Of a stretch of DNA of 15,464 bases, positions 8,297 to 15,464 are shown piece after piece. Within the stretch, counting starts at the first letter, position 1; the number at the start of each line of letters is the position of its first letter. Source of the stretch: an uncultured archaeon (GTDB lineage: Archaea > Thermoplasmatota > Penumbrarchaeia > JASLWR01). The DNA is taken from positions 1-15,464 of the forward strand of contig CAYFHS010000050.1 in the NCBI GenBank assembly GCA_964342815.1, given 5' to 3'. The notes beneath the pieces were generated by a model, which worked only from the letters and a program-made list of their open reading frames with translations, searched no databases and had not been told where the DNA came from. The position numbers and the translations under genes were made by a program.

Positions 8297-9355
8297 TCAT
8301 TTTGGAACTTCATTAGTATTCTTGAAATAATCAAATACCGCCTTCCGGGCCTCTCTGATCTCCCCCGAACTCAAGGACCTTGGATAGTTATAGGGTGTTT
8401 GCCCGGGCCGTTCATTATAGTAAGGCCTTCTGCATTCGGGGCACCCTGATGTTCTGAAACAAACGCCTCCGAAAATATCTTCTTCAAATATCTCTCGGCA
8501 TATCTTATCAGGTATGTTCCCCTCAATGTATCCCACAAGTTTGCCATTCTGGAATTTGAAAATATTAATATTAAGTCGTTTCTCAGAAATAAGGTAATAA
8601 GATAATTGGATCGCCCTGTATCTGCCTATTGATGGAGGTGCGCGATCATACAAGGGCGTACCAGCCAAGGGTGTGAAAGCGAAAAGCCCGACATTGATTT
8701 TTCTGTCACTAAGCCATATCAATCGCTCGATCATCTCCCGGTCGCTCTCGCCAAGTCCTACGATGAGATGCGTCGTGACCTTGCTTTTACCAAAAACCGA
8801 GATGGACTCTTTGAGGATGTCAAGAACAGAGTCGAAGGTTTTTACTTTTTGGCTAGCATCCGCGGTCTTTCCATGTGATTCATTGTTGATTTTTCCGGCA
8901 ATTTTTCTCAGTCGATAAAGTTTCTCCGTGGGAACGTCAAGTGGTACCGAAATATAATCAAGACCTGCATTCCTCAGCTCAATAAGAGCGTTAAGGGAAA
9001 CGGGATTTATGGATGCAGACAACGAACCGCAATACCCGACATCATTCCTAAAGTACAGGATCAGTTCCGTCAAATCCTGTGATAATCCCGGATAATCGAG
9101 ACACTGAAAACAGATTCTTTCAAGTGCTATCAGCTTATTGGAATGCTCCTTCAATGTGTCCGTATCGATTTGGGGCCAGATTATTCTGGACAGTTTATCT
9201 GCTCTTCCATCGGCCCTGTATGATTGAGAACAAAAATCACATCTTCCCCTGCACCCCGATCCAACAAGAAAATATCCCGTATTTACAGGAACATCCATTT
9301 TGACTCTTTTTATCCCTAGCTTAACCAGGGTACCCAGCGAAGCCCTGAGCTGCAT
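8297..9355 (-). CDS. lipS2: Radical SAM protein, LipS2-like (second subunit of the archaeal two-component lipoyl synthase; often annotated as biotin-synthase-like)
   Basis: CxxxCxxC = CRGRCDFC (9253-9230); LSRIIWP; THLIVGLGE; C-terminal TSGCPECRRP (8452-8423), which matches the TxGCPxC(N/D)RP signature described for Thermococcus kodakarensis LipS2 except at one position. Confidence 0.75.
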   Translation of the reverse strand: MQLRASLGTLVKLGIKRVKMDVPVNTGYFLVGSGCRGRCDFCSQSYRADGRADKLSRIIWPQIDTDTLKEHSNKLIALERICFQCLDYPGLSQDLTELILYFRNDVGYCGSLSASINPVSLNALIELRNAGLDYISVPLDVPTEKLYRLRKIAGKINNESHGKTADASQKVKTFDSVLDILKESISVFGKSKVTTHLIVGLGESDREMIERLIWLSDRKINVGLFAFTPLAGTPLYDRAPPSIGRYRAIQLSYYLISEKRLNINIFKFQNGKLVGYIEGNIPDKICREIFEEDIFGGVCFRTSGCPECRRPYYNERPGQTPYNYPRSLSSGEIREARKAVFDYFKNTNEVPK

Positions 9356-9361
9356 ACGTGA

Positions 9362-11284
9362 TTATCCCCATTCAACATCGCCATCCCTTCTTGGCGGCGG
9401 TCTTCTCCTGCTGTCCCTGCGGTCATCACCCCTCCGTCTGCGATCCGTACGCTCACGTCTGTGGGTTTCGTGAAAATCCCGATGCCTTCGCTCTCGCGAG
9501 CTTCGGCCCGGAGGCGGTCTCCTGCGGGGCCGCTCTTTTGCAGGATGTGCGACATCATATGTTTTACCCGCAAACCTCGATATCTCCTGAGGATGATAAT
9601 AGCTGACCTTTCCTTTTCCCGCAGGCATTTCCCTTTTCCTCGGTTTGATATCATCGGCTTTCCATGAAAATTCGGTCACTCCCTTACTATTATTACGCGG
9701 TTCTTCTTTTTTCCTTTCTTCTCCTTCGATCCGTCTTAGCTGCTCCATCTGGCGTTTTCTGCTCTTCAACTGGTCTACAGCGTTTTCGTAATCCTTGCCC
9801 GAGCTGATCCCCTTTCTCTCCATTATCACGTAAACTGAAAAAACGATCACAGCAATAACAAGTACGAACAGGAAGATGAAATTAATGGGAAGTCCGAATA
9901 AATTCCACGGTTCATCGACATTCTCAGCAGTTTTACTTTTACTGCAGGTGAATGAATACTCTTTCGAGGTACCAAGTTCTGAACCACCAAGATCCTTTAT
10001 ATTTCCGGAAACGTTCAGAATATAGCGCTCTTCCGATTCAACCTGCGAGACCAATGTGACGACCACACGGCTTTTATTCCCGGGAAAAGAAATAATTATC
10101 GGGACTTCACCCACCGGCCCATTTACAATTAGCGTATTTGGTGTTACGGTTCTCTGATCAATTTCCTTGTTGAACATTATGCTTATGTTGACTGTGTCCC
10201 CGTGTTTCGGAATCTCGGGATGAATGGTGAAACGCAGGGTTTTGAAGCTGTCCTCGGTTCCAAAAGAGAATTCCAATTTTTCAGCTGAAAGATTGTTTCC
10301 GGCCATATCCTTTATTTTCTCGGTCAGTGCGACTGTGTAAATCCGGTTTTCCATCAATTTCTTTTCAGGTATTAAAGTCAGTTCCTTCCCCTCGTTCGAC
10401 AATTCCCAGTCAAAATCCACTTCAATATCCTTCCCTGAGATTCCCATGTAAACATTTCCCTCCACTGTGGTAGGGTCAATATCATCGTTAAATTCGATTC
10501 TGGGATTTACGTATACATTTACATCTTTCTGGTTATTTTTTGGAAATCGCTCTCCAATCACGGGTTTGTCCGTATCCGGATAAACATCGATATCCTTTGT
10601 CTCGCTTCCCCAGTTTCCAGATGTGTCCGTTACCTTCAAGGTCACCGAAAACTTTCCGGTGTTTTTAAACCGATATGAGGAAAGTTTACCGTACAAGGTC
10701 TTAATTCCACCATCGTCTATGATCCAGGTATAATTTTCGATCTCAAGGTTGTCCTTGCTATTATTACCATCGAGTGATACAAACCTCCCCTGGCGGATCT
10801 GTAGAACTACACTCGCACTGGCAATGGGTTTCTCCGTATCATTCACGACGATAATGAGTGTATCGATATCCCAGTTACCCCCTCCATCGGTAACATTCAA
10901 TGTGACATAGTAATGTCCCACGTAGGAAAATACGTATGATGGACCAACACCGTATAACTCCTTATTCCCGATATCGTCGAATTTCCATGTATAATTATCT
11001 ATCCCGATATTGTCGGTACTGCCGCTTCCGTCAAATAAAAAAGGGATGTTCTGGCTCACGTTCATATCGGGGCCTGCGTCAGCAACAGGTGATTCCGTAT
11101 CATTTCCACCGTTGGCACGATTATTGAATTGAGATAATGTATAGGATGGTCCTGATCGGATCTCGAAGCTGGTATAGTTTTGCGAGTCAGGCAATAAACA
11201 TAATATAGATAAAAGTAAAAACAATACTCCGATAATAACTATCAAAGAAACTCTACTGCTATTGGCCTGTTCTTCTCCCGTCAT
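9362..11284 (-). CDS. Cell-surface protein: N-terminal hydrophobic signal/anchor, 2 PKD domains, 2 Big_5-like Ig domains, TM helix, about 150-aa Arg-rich cytoplasmic tail
   Basis: PVADAGPD..FDGSGSTDN..YTWKF..YYVTLNVTD and a second similar repeat (LDGNNSKDN..YTWII..VTLKVTD); FPKNN..IEFNDDID..LIPEKKL..IKDMAGNNL (Big_5-like); TM LFGLPINFIFLFVLVIAVIVFSVYVIM. Confidence 0.85.
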   Translation of the reverse strand: MTGEEQANSSRVSLIVIIGVLFLLLSILCLLPDSQNYTSFEIRSGPSYTLSQFNNRANGGNDTESPVADAGPDMNVSQNIPFLFDGSGSTDNIGIDNYTWKFDDIGNKELYGVGPSYVFSYVGHYYVTLNVTDGGGNWDIDTLIIVVNDTEKPIASASVVLQIRQGRFVSLDGNNSKDNLEIENYTWIIDDGGIKTLYGKLSSYRFKNTGKFSVTLKVTDTSGNWGSETKDIDVYPDTDKPVIGERFPKNNQKDVNVYVNPRIEFNDDIDPTTVEGNVYMGISGKDIEVDFDWELSNEGKELTLIPEKKLMENRIYTVALTEKIKDMAGNNLSAEKLEFSFGTEDSFKTLRFTIHPEIPKHGDTVNISIMFNKEIDQRTVTPNTLIVNGPVGEVPIIISFPGNKSRVVVTLVSQVESEERYILNVSGNIKDLGGSELGTSKEYSFTCSKSKTAENVDEPWNLFGLPINFIFLFVLVIAVIVFSVYVIMERKGISSGKDYENAVDQLKSRKRQMEQLRRIEGEERKKEEPRNNSKGVTEFSWKADDIKPRKREMPAGKGKVSYYHPQEISRFAGKTYDVAHPAKERPRRRPPPGRSSRERRHRDFHETHRRERTDRRRRGDDRRDSRRRPPPRRDGDVEWG

Positions 11285-11417
11285 GATAATCCCTTTGAAA
11301 ACAAATTCCTCTCTGTGGACAACATCGAATGAACGTTTTCCCTAACACCCTTCTATTTTATCTTCTTTACTCATTTTTTCTTTTATGGTGGGAGTTAGTA
11401 TGCAGGAAATATAACCA

Positions 11418-11435
11418 CAAAGATATATATATTTG
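11418..11435. promoter_or_regulatory. Near-perfect 18-bp palindrome with (TA)n core; candidate bidirectional TATA element in the divergent spacer
   Basis: CAAAGATATATATATTTG has one mismatched pair and lies between the divergent starts at 11284 (-) and 11515 (+). Confidence 0.4.
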
Positions 11436-11514
11436 GCTGAGGATGATGAGAAAGCTTCATTTTAAGTAATATTATTGGACGGTCCCATATCGATTTGAAA
11501 TTATTGGTGAAATT

Positions 11515-12657
11515 ATGGATACTTTGGAAAATAAACTTCTTTTGCTAAAAGCTAGCGACATAATGGTCCCAGCCACTTTAACTAGCAGACCTGATGAATC
11601 TCTATCGAAGGCTCTTTCGCTTATGGACAGACACCACCGATATGAGATCCCAGTGGTGGATGGGAATAAAATTGTTGGTTTGATCAGTTATACCGTTCTG
11701 GTAAAAAGAAGGAATCTACCTCTGTCGGTACCTGTAGAAAGGGTGATGTACCCGGCACCCACCATATCTCCCGATATGCCTGTTCCGTCAATATCAGAAA
11801 TATTATTAACAGACGATTACAGGTCGGTACCCGTTATTAAAAAAGAGAAGCTATTGGGTATGGTTACCCGGAGAAATATTATAAAAAAACTACTCGAAGA
11901 GCAGATCCACACAGAGATCCCCGTAATGGACATCATGAGTTCACCTGTTACTACCGTTGAGGAGAACGATGACATCTCAAAGGCATTACATGAGATGAAC
12001 CACCTCGATGAGCGCTCGCTTCCGGTGGTGGATGATCTTGGAAGGCTCAGCGGGATCATTGCCCTTGACCACCTGGACAAGTTTCTCAGAGGAAAAAGGG
12101 AAAGGGCTTCCCAGGGAGAAATCAAGGGGGAGAGGGTGACGCCCCGTATAGAGATAAAGAGTGCAATGAGCGTACCACCCTTGTCTGTTTCGCTGGACTC
12201 GGTGCTTAGTGAAGTAATGCGGAAAATCGTAGATCGTAAGGTCTCCACCATTATTGTAGTGGACGAAGGGATACCTGTTGGAATAGTAACAAGCCTTGAC
12301 ATCATAGAATTGGTGGCTTCAGCTCAACCGAGAGAGGAGGTTCTGGTCCAGATATCCGGATTTGAGGCTGATGACCCGTACATCTACGATTCGATTTATT
12401 ACGTGGTCCAGAGATACTTGCCCAAATTGACCCATCATATCACTCCAAAAGTGATAAACTTACATATTACCCATCATCACCATCTTGATTCCATGAAAAA
12501 GTTTACTGTCAGCGCAAGATTGACCTCGGCAAGAAAGACCTTCATAACGAAAAAAAATGATTGGGATCTATTAAAGGTATTGGACGAAGTAATGGACTCA
12601 ATGGTGAAACAGGCTAAAAAATACAAAGAAAGGACCCGCGGACGACCCCGCGTCTGA
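11515..12657 (+). CDS. 4xCBS (two Bateman modules) fused to a C-terminal HPF/RaiA-like domain; Hib-type archaeal ribosome hibernation factor
   Basis: Four CBS repeats (IPVVD..IVGLIS, VPVIK..LLGMVT, LPVVD..LSGIIA, IIVVD..PVGIVT). The region from about 12334 reads as beta-alpha-beta-beta-beta-alpha and ends DWDLLKVLDEVMDSMVKQAKKYKER, like the HPF terminal helix. GGTGA at 11506-11510. Confidence 0.8.
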   Translation: MDTLENKLLLLKASDIMVPATLTSRPDESLSKALSLMDRHHRYEIPVVDGNKIVGLISYTVLVKRRNLPLSVPVERVMYPAPTISPDMPVPSISEILLTDDYRSVPVIKKEKLLGMVTRRNIIKKLLEEQIHTEIPVMDIMSSPVTTVEENDDISKALHEMNHLDERSLPVVDDLGRLSGIIALDHLDKFLRGKRERASQGEIKGERVTPRIEIKSAMSVPPLSVSLDSVLSEVMRKIVDRKVSTIIVVDEGIPVGIVTSLDIIELVASAQPREEVLVQISGFEADDPYIYDSIYYVVQRYLPKLTHHITPKVINLHITHHHHLDSMKKFTVSARLTSARKTFITKKNDWDLLKVLDEVMDSMVKQAKKYKERTRGRPRV

Positions 12658-12721
12658 GAAAATTCCCAGGGCCTGGAAATATGATAAGAAAAGCTATCCG
12701 AAATTCCTCGGTGGGTATAAA

Positions 12722-13420
12722 ATGGTACTTGAAAAATTACGAAAAAATGCGGGTCAATGGTTGATGCCCATCACGAAGAGACTTGTAAATGTTTCACCAA
12801 ATACCATAACATGGTTTTCGATGGTTTTTGCAATAATGGCAGGTATATCGATTTACTTCACGTATATGTGGGCTTACGCCATACTTATTGCCTTTCTGTT
12901 CGGTGCCCTGAATTCGATATGCGATCTCGTTGACGGCGATCTTGCTCGATTGACAGGGAAAACATCGGACGTGGGAGATTTTCTCGACCATACCTTCGAT
13001 CGATATGCGGACATCGCAATGATACTGGGGATGATATTATCCCCACTGTGTTCTGTGGAGTGGGGTGTATTTGCCATAAGCGGCGTACTGCTGGTTTCCT
13101 ACATGGGGACACAGGCACAGGCCATGGGTGTGGGCAGAATTTACGGAGGTCTGCTGGGAAGAGCCGATCGTATGGTCGTACTGGGCCTGGTGGGGATCGG
13201 CGAGTTTTTGCTCCAATTGAATCCCCATTGGAGCATCGGGTACGAGATAGGGGGTATACCTGTGCTCTCGAACGGTCAGTTCTTCAATATCCATCTGTTT
13301 ACAATAGCCATGATTTATTTCGCCCTGGCCGGTCATTACACGGCTATATACCGGGGTGTTAAAACTTACCAGTATCTTAAAAAAGAGGAGAGAACAGAAA
13401 AGGGGAAGGAAGAGAAATGA
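12722..13420 (+). CDS. pgsA: CDP-alcohol phosphatidyltransferase, archaetidylinositol-phosphate-synthase/PgsA-like
   Basis: DLVDGDLARLTGKTSDVGDFLDHTFDRYAD matches DxxDGxxAR..G...D...D; SPNTIT near the N-terminus; GGLLGRADR; multiple TMs. Substrate specificity cannot be proven from the motif. Confidence 0.88.
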   Translation: MVLEKLRKNAGQWLMPITKRLVNVSPNTITWFSMVFAIMAGISIYFTYMWAYAILIAFLFGALNSICDLVDGDLARLTGKTSDVGDFLDHTFDRYADIAMILGMILSPLCSVEWGVFAISGVLLVSYMGTQAQAMGVGRIYGGLLGRADRMVVLGLVGIGEFLLQLNPHWSIGYEIGGIPVLSNGQFFNIHLFTIAMIYFALAGHYTAIYRGVKTYQYLKKEERTEKGKEEK

Positions 13421-14178
13421 AAGAGAGCATTAACGTAGCGGTCACAGGAAAAGGCGGTACCGGGAAGAGCACTCTTTCCGCGCTGCTGATCAATCACCTG
13501 TACGAAATCAAAAAAAAGATCATCCTTGCCATAGACGCCGACCCGAATTACAATCTGGATGTGAAACTGGGTATCGAAGCCAAACAGACGATCGGAGACA
13601 TGAGGGAAGAAATGAGAAAGGCCGGGGACGAGAATCCAGGAGGTATGAGCAAGGCCCAGTTCGTGGAATACCAGCTTAAGATACTACTTGAAGAGGGCGA
13701 TAAATTCGATCTCCTTACCATGGGAAGGCAGGAAGGAACAGGATGTTACTGCTACATAAATAATGTTCTTCGACATCTTATAGATACTCTATCAACCAAT
13801 TATCAGTATATCGTAATCGACAACGACGCGGGTATGGAACACCTGTCGAGGCGGACCGATAAGCATATGGATTTTCTTATTATCGCCAGCGATGCCACGA
13901 AGGTGGGGATAATGACAGCGGCAAGGATAAGGGATATGGCCGTGGAGATGGAACTGGTCCACGGAAAGGTTATTCTGGTGGTTAACAACGCCCCGGCCCC
14001 CTTCCCAGAATTCCTTGATACTATGGTTAAAGAACATTCATTCGATAACGTCTATGTCATCCCTTATGATGCCGAGGTCTTCGACCGTAATGCCCGAGGG
14101 CTACCGCTTCTTGATGTTCCCCGGAATTCACCGGCAAACGCCATGGTTGGTCAAATAGTAATGGAGTATTTATCCTGA
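13417..14178 (+). CDS. cooC: CooC/AcsF-like nickel-insertion ATPase (MinD/SIMIBI class)
   Basis: Deviant Walker A GKGGTGKS, IDADPNYNL, GCYC metal motif (13741-13752, Cys110/Cys112), DNDAGMEHLSR. ATGA overlap with the upstream gene. Confidence 0.85.
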   Translation: MKESINVAVTGKGGTGKSTLSALLINHLYEIKKKIILAIDADPNYNLDVKLGIEAKQTIGDMREEMRKAGDENPGGMSKAQFVEYQLKILLEEGDKFDLLTMGRQEGTGCYCYINNVLRHLIDTLSTNYQYIVIDNDAGMEHLSRRTDKHMDFLIIASDATKVGIMTAARIRDMAVEMELVHGKVILVVNNAPAPFPEFLDTMVKEHSFDNVYVIPYDAEVFDRNARGLPLLDVPRNSPANAMVGQIVMEYLS

Positions 14179-14198
14179 CCATTGTCTCGACCAAAGAG

Positions 14199-14250
14199 AA
14201 CTAAAAATATTGAATGAGGGAAAAATTCAGTTAAGTAATACAACTAAAAA
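14199..14250. repeat. Two copies of AACTAAAAA (TTTTTAGTT on the minus strand) in the convergent spacer; the same 9-mer occurs at 2005-2013 and 5765-5773
   Basis: Exact 9-mer at 14199-14207 and 14242-14250; possible oligo-T terminator element for the TPR gene. Confidence 0.45.
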
Positions 14251-14294
14251 CCAAATAAGCATGCGAATTGTTACTCGAAGAAACCAACAATATC

Positions 14295-15464
14295 TCACTC
14301 AAGGCTCCGCTGTAATTCCTCTGCCACCTCATAAGCCTTTTCGATGTAATCCTCCGCTCTGCGGTAGAATTTCTTTTCTATGGCAGGTTTGATGAGTATC
14401 AGTTCGGACTTGATAGGTTCAGTATCCACACCCTTTTCCTCCAATTCCTCCATCAGCCCGTCGATTTCGGTCAAATCGCGAAGTATCTTTTCCGACATTT
14501 CCACCTTTGCTTCGCTCTCAGCTTCCCTGCGCGCGTTCCTCATGATCTCTATGGCTTTGCTAAGGTCACCATCCTCGTACAGGGGTTTGGTTTTTTCGAT
14601 GATGTCCACTTCTTCTTCCTCGACGAATTCGCCACTCCCAGATTTACCCTTCCGGGTCTCCAATATCTTCTTCCATGTAGTCAATATGTCGTCGGTCCCG
14701 TCCCAATTGATGAGAAGGGCTCTTATTTTCTGCAGTTCCTTGATGATCACGGCAAGGTTTCCTTTCTCCAAGAGGTTATCGATCCTGCGAAGGTCTTCGA
14801 TTATGTCCTCCCTTGAAATTTCCAGGTCCAGGTCGTCCCTTTCAACCAATTTTTTCGTATTGAAAAGCAGGTCCCTGGCCATCATCTCTATAAGAGGATT
14901 GGACCTTTCAAGAATGCTCTCGGTCTCAGGAAAATCCTCGATACTGAAATCCGTAAAATCGATCCCGCCCTGGTCCTTCAGGTCAGACACGATCTCAGTA
15001 ATAAGGTTCTTTATGCCTTTGAAATCCAGCCCTACATCCTCCTGGGGAGCGTATCTGAGCGGAGCATAGTCATATGCCATGCCAGGCTCCCTGTATCTTC
15101 CTCCTACCTTTCCCTCGCTGCGCAGAGTGGTCCTGCAGGAATCTCTCAAACGTTTGGCCTGTTCGTATTCATCATTGAGAGCAAGCGCACGGTTACAGTA
15201 TTGTATCGCTTCCACGTACCTCTCCATGTTCTTAAGCACGACAGCTTTATTGTACAACAGCTTTTCGTCTCGCGGCTGAAGTTTCAACGCCTTGTTGAAA
15301 TACTTCAGGGCCGCCCGCTGGTTGCCCTCCTTGAAGCGTTTAACAGCGCTCTTCTTGTACTCTTTCAATTTTAGAGACCTGTCCTTGTTGAAGAGTTCAA
15401 TCTCCTCTTCTATCCTGCTGTCCACGCGCTCAACAAGTGAGTTGGCCTTTCTGATATCCCCGTC
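14295..15464 (-). CDS. 5'-truncated TPR-repeat protein with acidic all-helical C-terminal region
   Basis: The frame is open from the window edge (DGDIRKANSLVER) into GTG 15425. Two TPR-like repeats (GNQRAALKYFNKALKLQP; LLYNKAVVLKNMERYVEAIQYCNRALALN) are followed by E/D/K-rich helical segments. Confidence 0.82.
   Translation of the reverse strand, partial: DGDIRKANSLVERVDSRIEEEIELFNKDRSLKLKEYKKSAVKRFKEGNQRAALKYFNKALKLQPRDEKLLYNKAVVLKNMERYVEAIQYCNRALALNDEYEQAKRLRDSCRTTLRSEGKVGGRYREPGMAYDYAPLRYAPQEDVGLDFKGIKNLITEIVSDLKDQGGIDFTDFSIEDFPETESILERSNPLIEMMARDLLFNTKKLVERDDLDLEISREDIIEDLRRIDNLLEKGNLAVIIKELQKIRALLINWDGTDDILTTWKKILETRKGKSGSGEFVEEEEVDIIEKTKPLYEDGDLSKAIEIMRNARREAESEAKVEMSEKILRDLTEIDGLMEELEEKGVDTEPIKSELILIKPAIEKKFYRRAEDYIEKAYEVAEELQRSLE

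Noticed and set aside
1801-9376. Shared VEW tripeptide in the cytoplasmic tails of the two surface proteins (VNVEWDE and DVEWG)
   Set aside because: A three-residue match in two proteins is not distinguishable from chance without a larger set of paralogues.
11437-11510. Possible C/D box sRNA (ATGATGA at 11444-11450, CTGA at 11437-11440)
   Set aside because: The only CTGA is upstream of the C box and there is no canonical D box 40-60 nt downstream.
12666-12680. Short CCAGG-G-CCTGG inverted repeat after the CBS-HPF gene
   Set aside because: 5-bp arms, 1-nt loop and no U-tract; not convincing as a terminator.
14380-15069. 229-aa Ser-rich plus-strand ORF
   Set aside because: Antisense shadow of the Glu/Asp-rich TPR protein, with biased Ser/Phe/Ile composition and no domain.
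1-15464. CRISPR array, IS/transposase, integrase, tRNA or rRNA
   Set aside because: No regularly spaced direct repeats, terminal inverted repeats, recombinase motifs or cloverleaf-like segments were seen; the intergenic spaces are short and accounted for.

Overview
Archaeal chromosomal segment, most plausibly Thermoplasmatota. This is inferred from GGTGA/GGAG Shine-Dalgarno sites, TATA-like boxes, an archaetidylinositol-phosphate-synthase-like gene, a LipS2-like radical SAM gene and several multi-Ig surface proteins. I see 12 protein genes. In order: a 5'-truncated membrane-anchored surface protein with a cytoplasmic C4HC3 RING/PHD-like finger and SHOCT-like end (+); a 53-aa zinc-ribbon gene missed by the ORF track (-); MarR, MMPL/RND transporter, YdjM-like hydrolase and anchored purple-acid-phosphatase-like enzyme (all +); a PKD/Ig surface protein with an Arg-rich tail followed after 6 nt by a LipS2-like radical SAM gene (both -); a 4xCBS + HPF/RaiA-like fusion (Hib-type ribosome hibernation factor), CDP-alcohol phosphatidyltransferase and CooC-like ATPase (all +); and a 5'-truncated TPR protein (-). 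I found no tRNA, rRNA, CRISPR array or mobile element. The best leads are the CBS-HPF hibernation factor with a His patch, the receptor-like RING-finger membrane protein, the hidden zinc-ribbon gene with its own promoter and terminator, the orphan LipS2 and CooC genes, and a tandem palindromic MarR operator. All family calls come from motifs read by eye; no database search was run.
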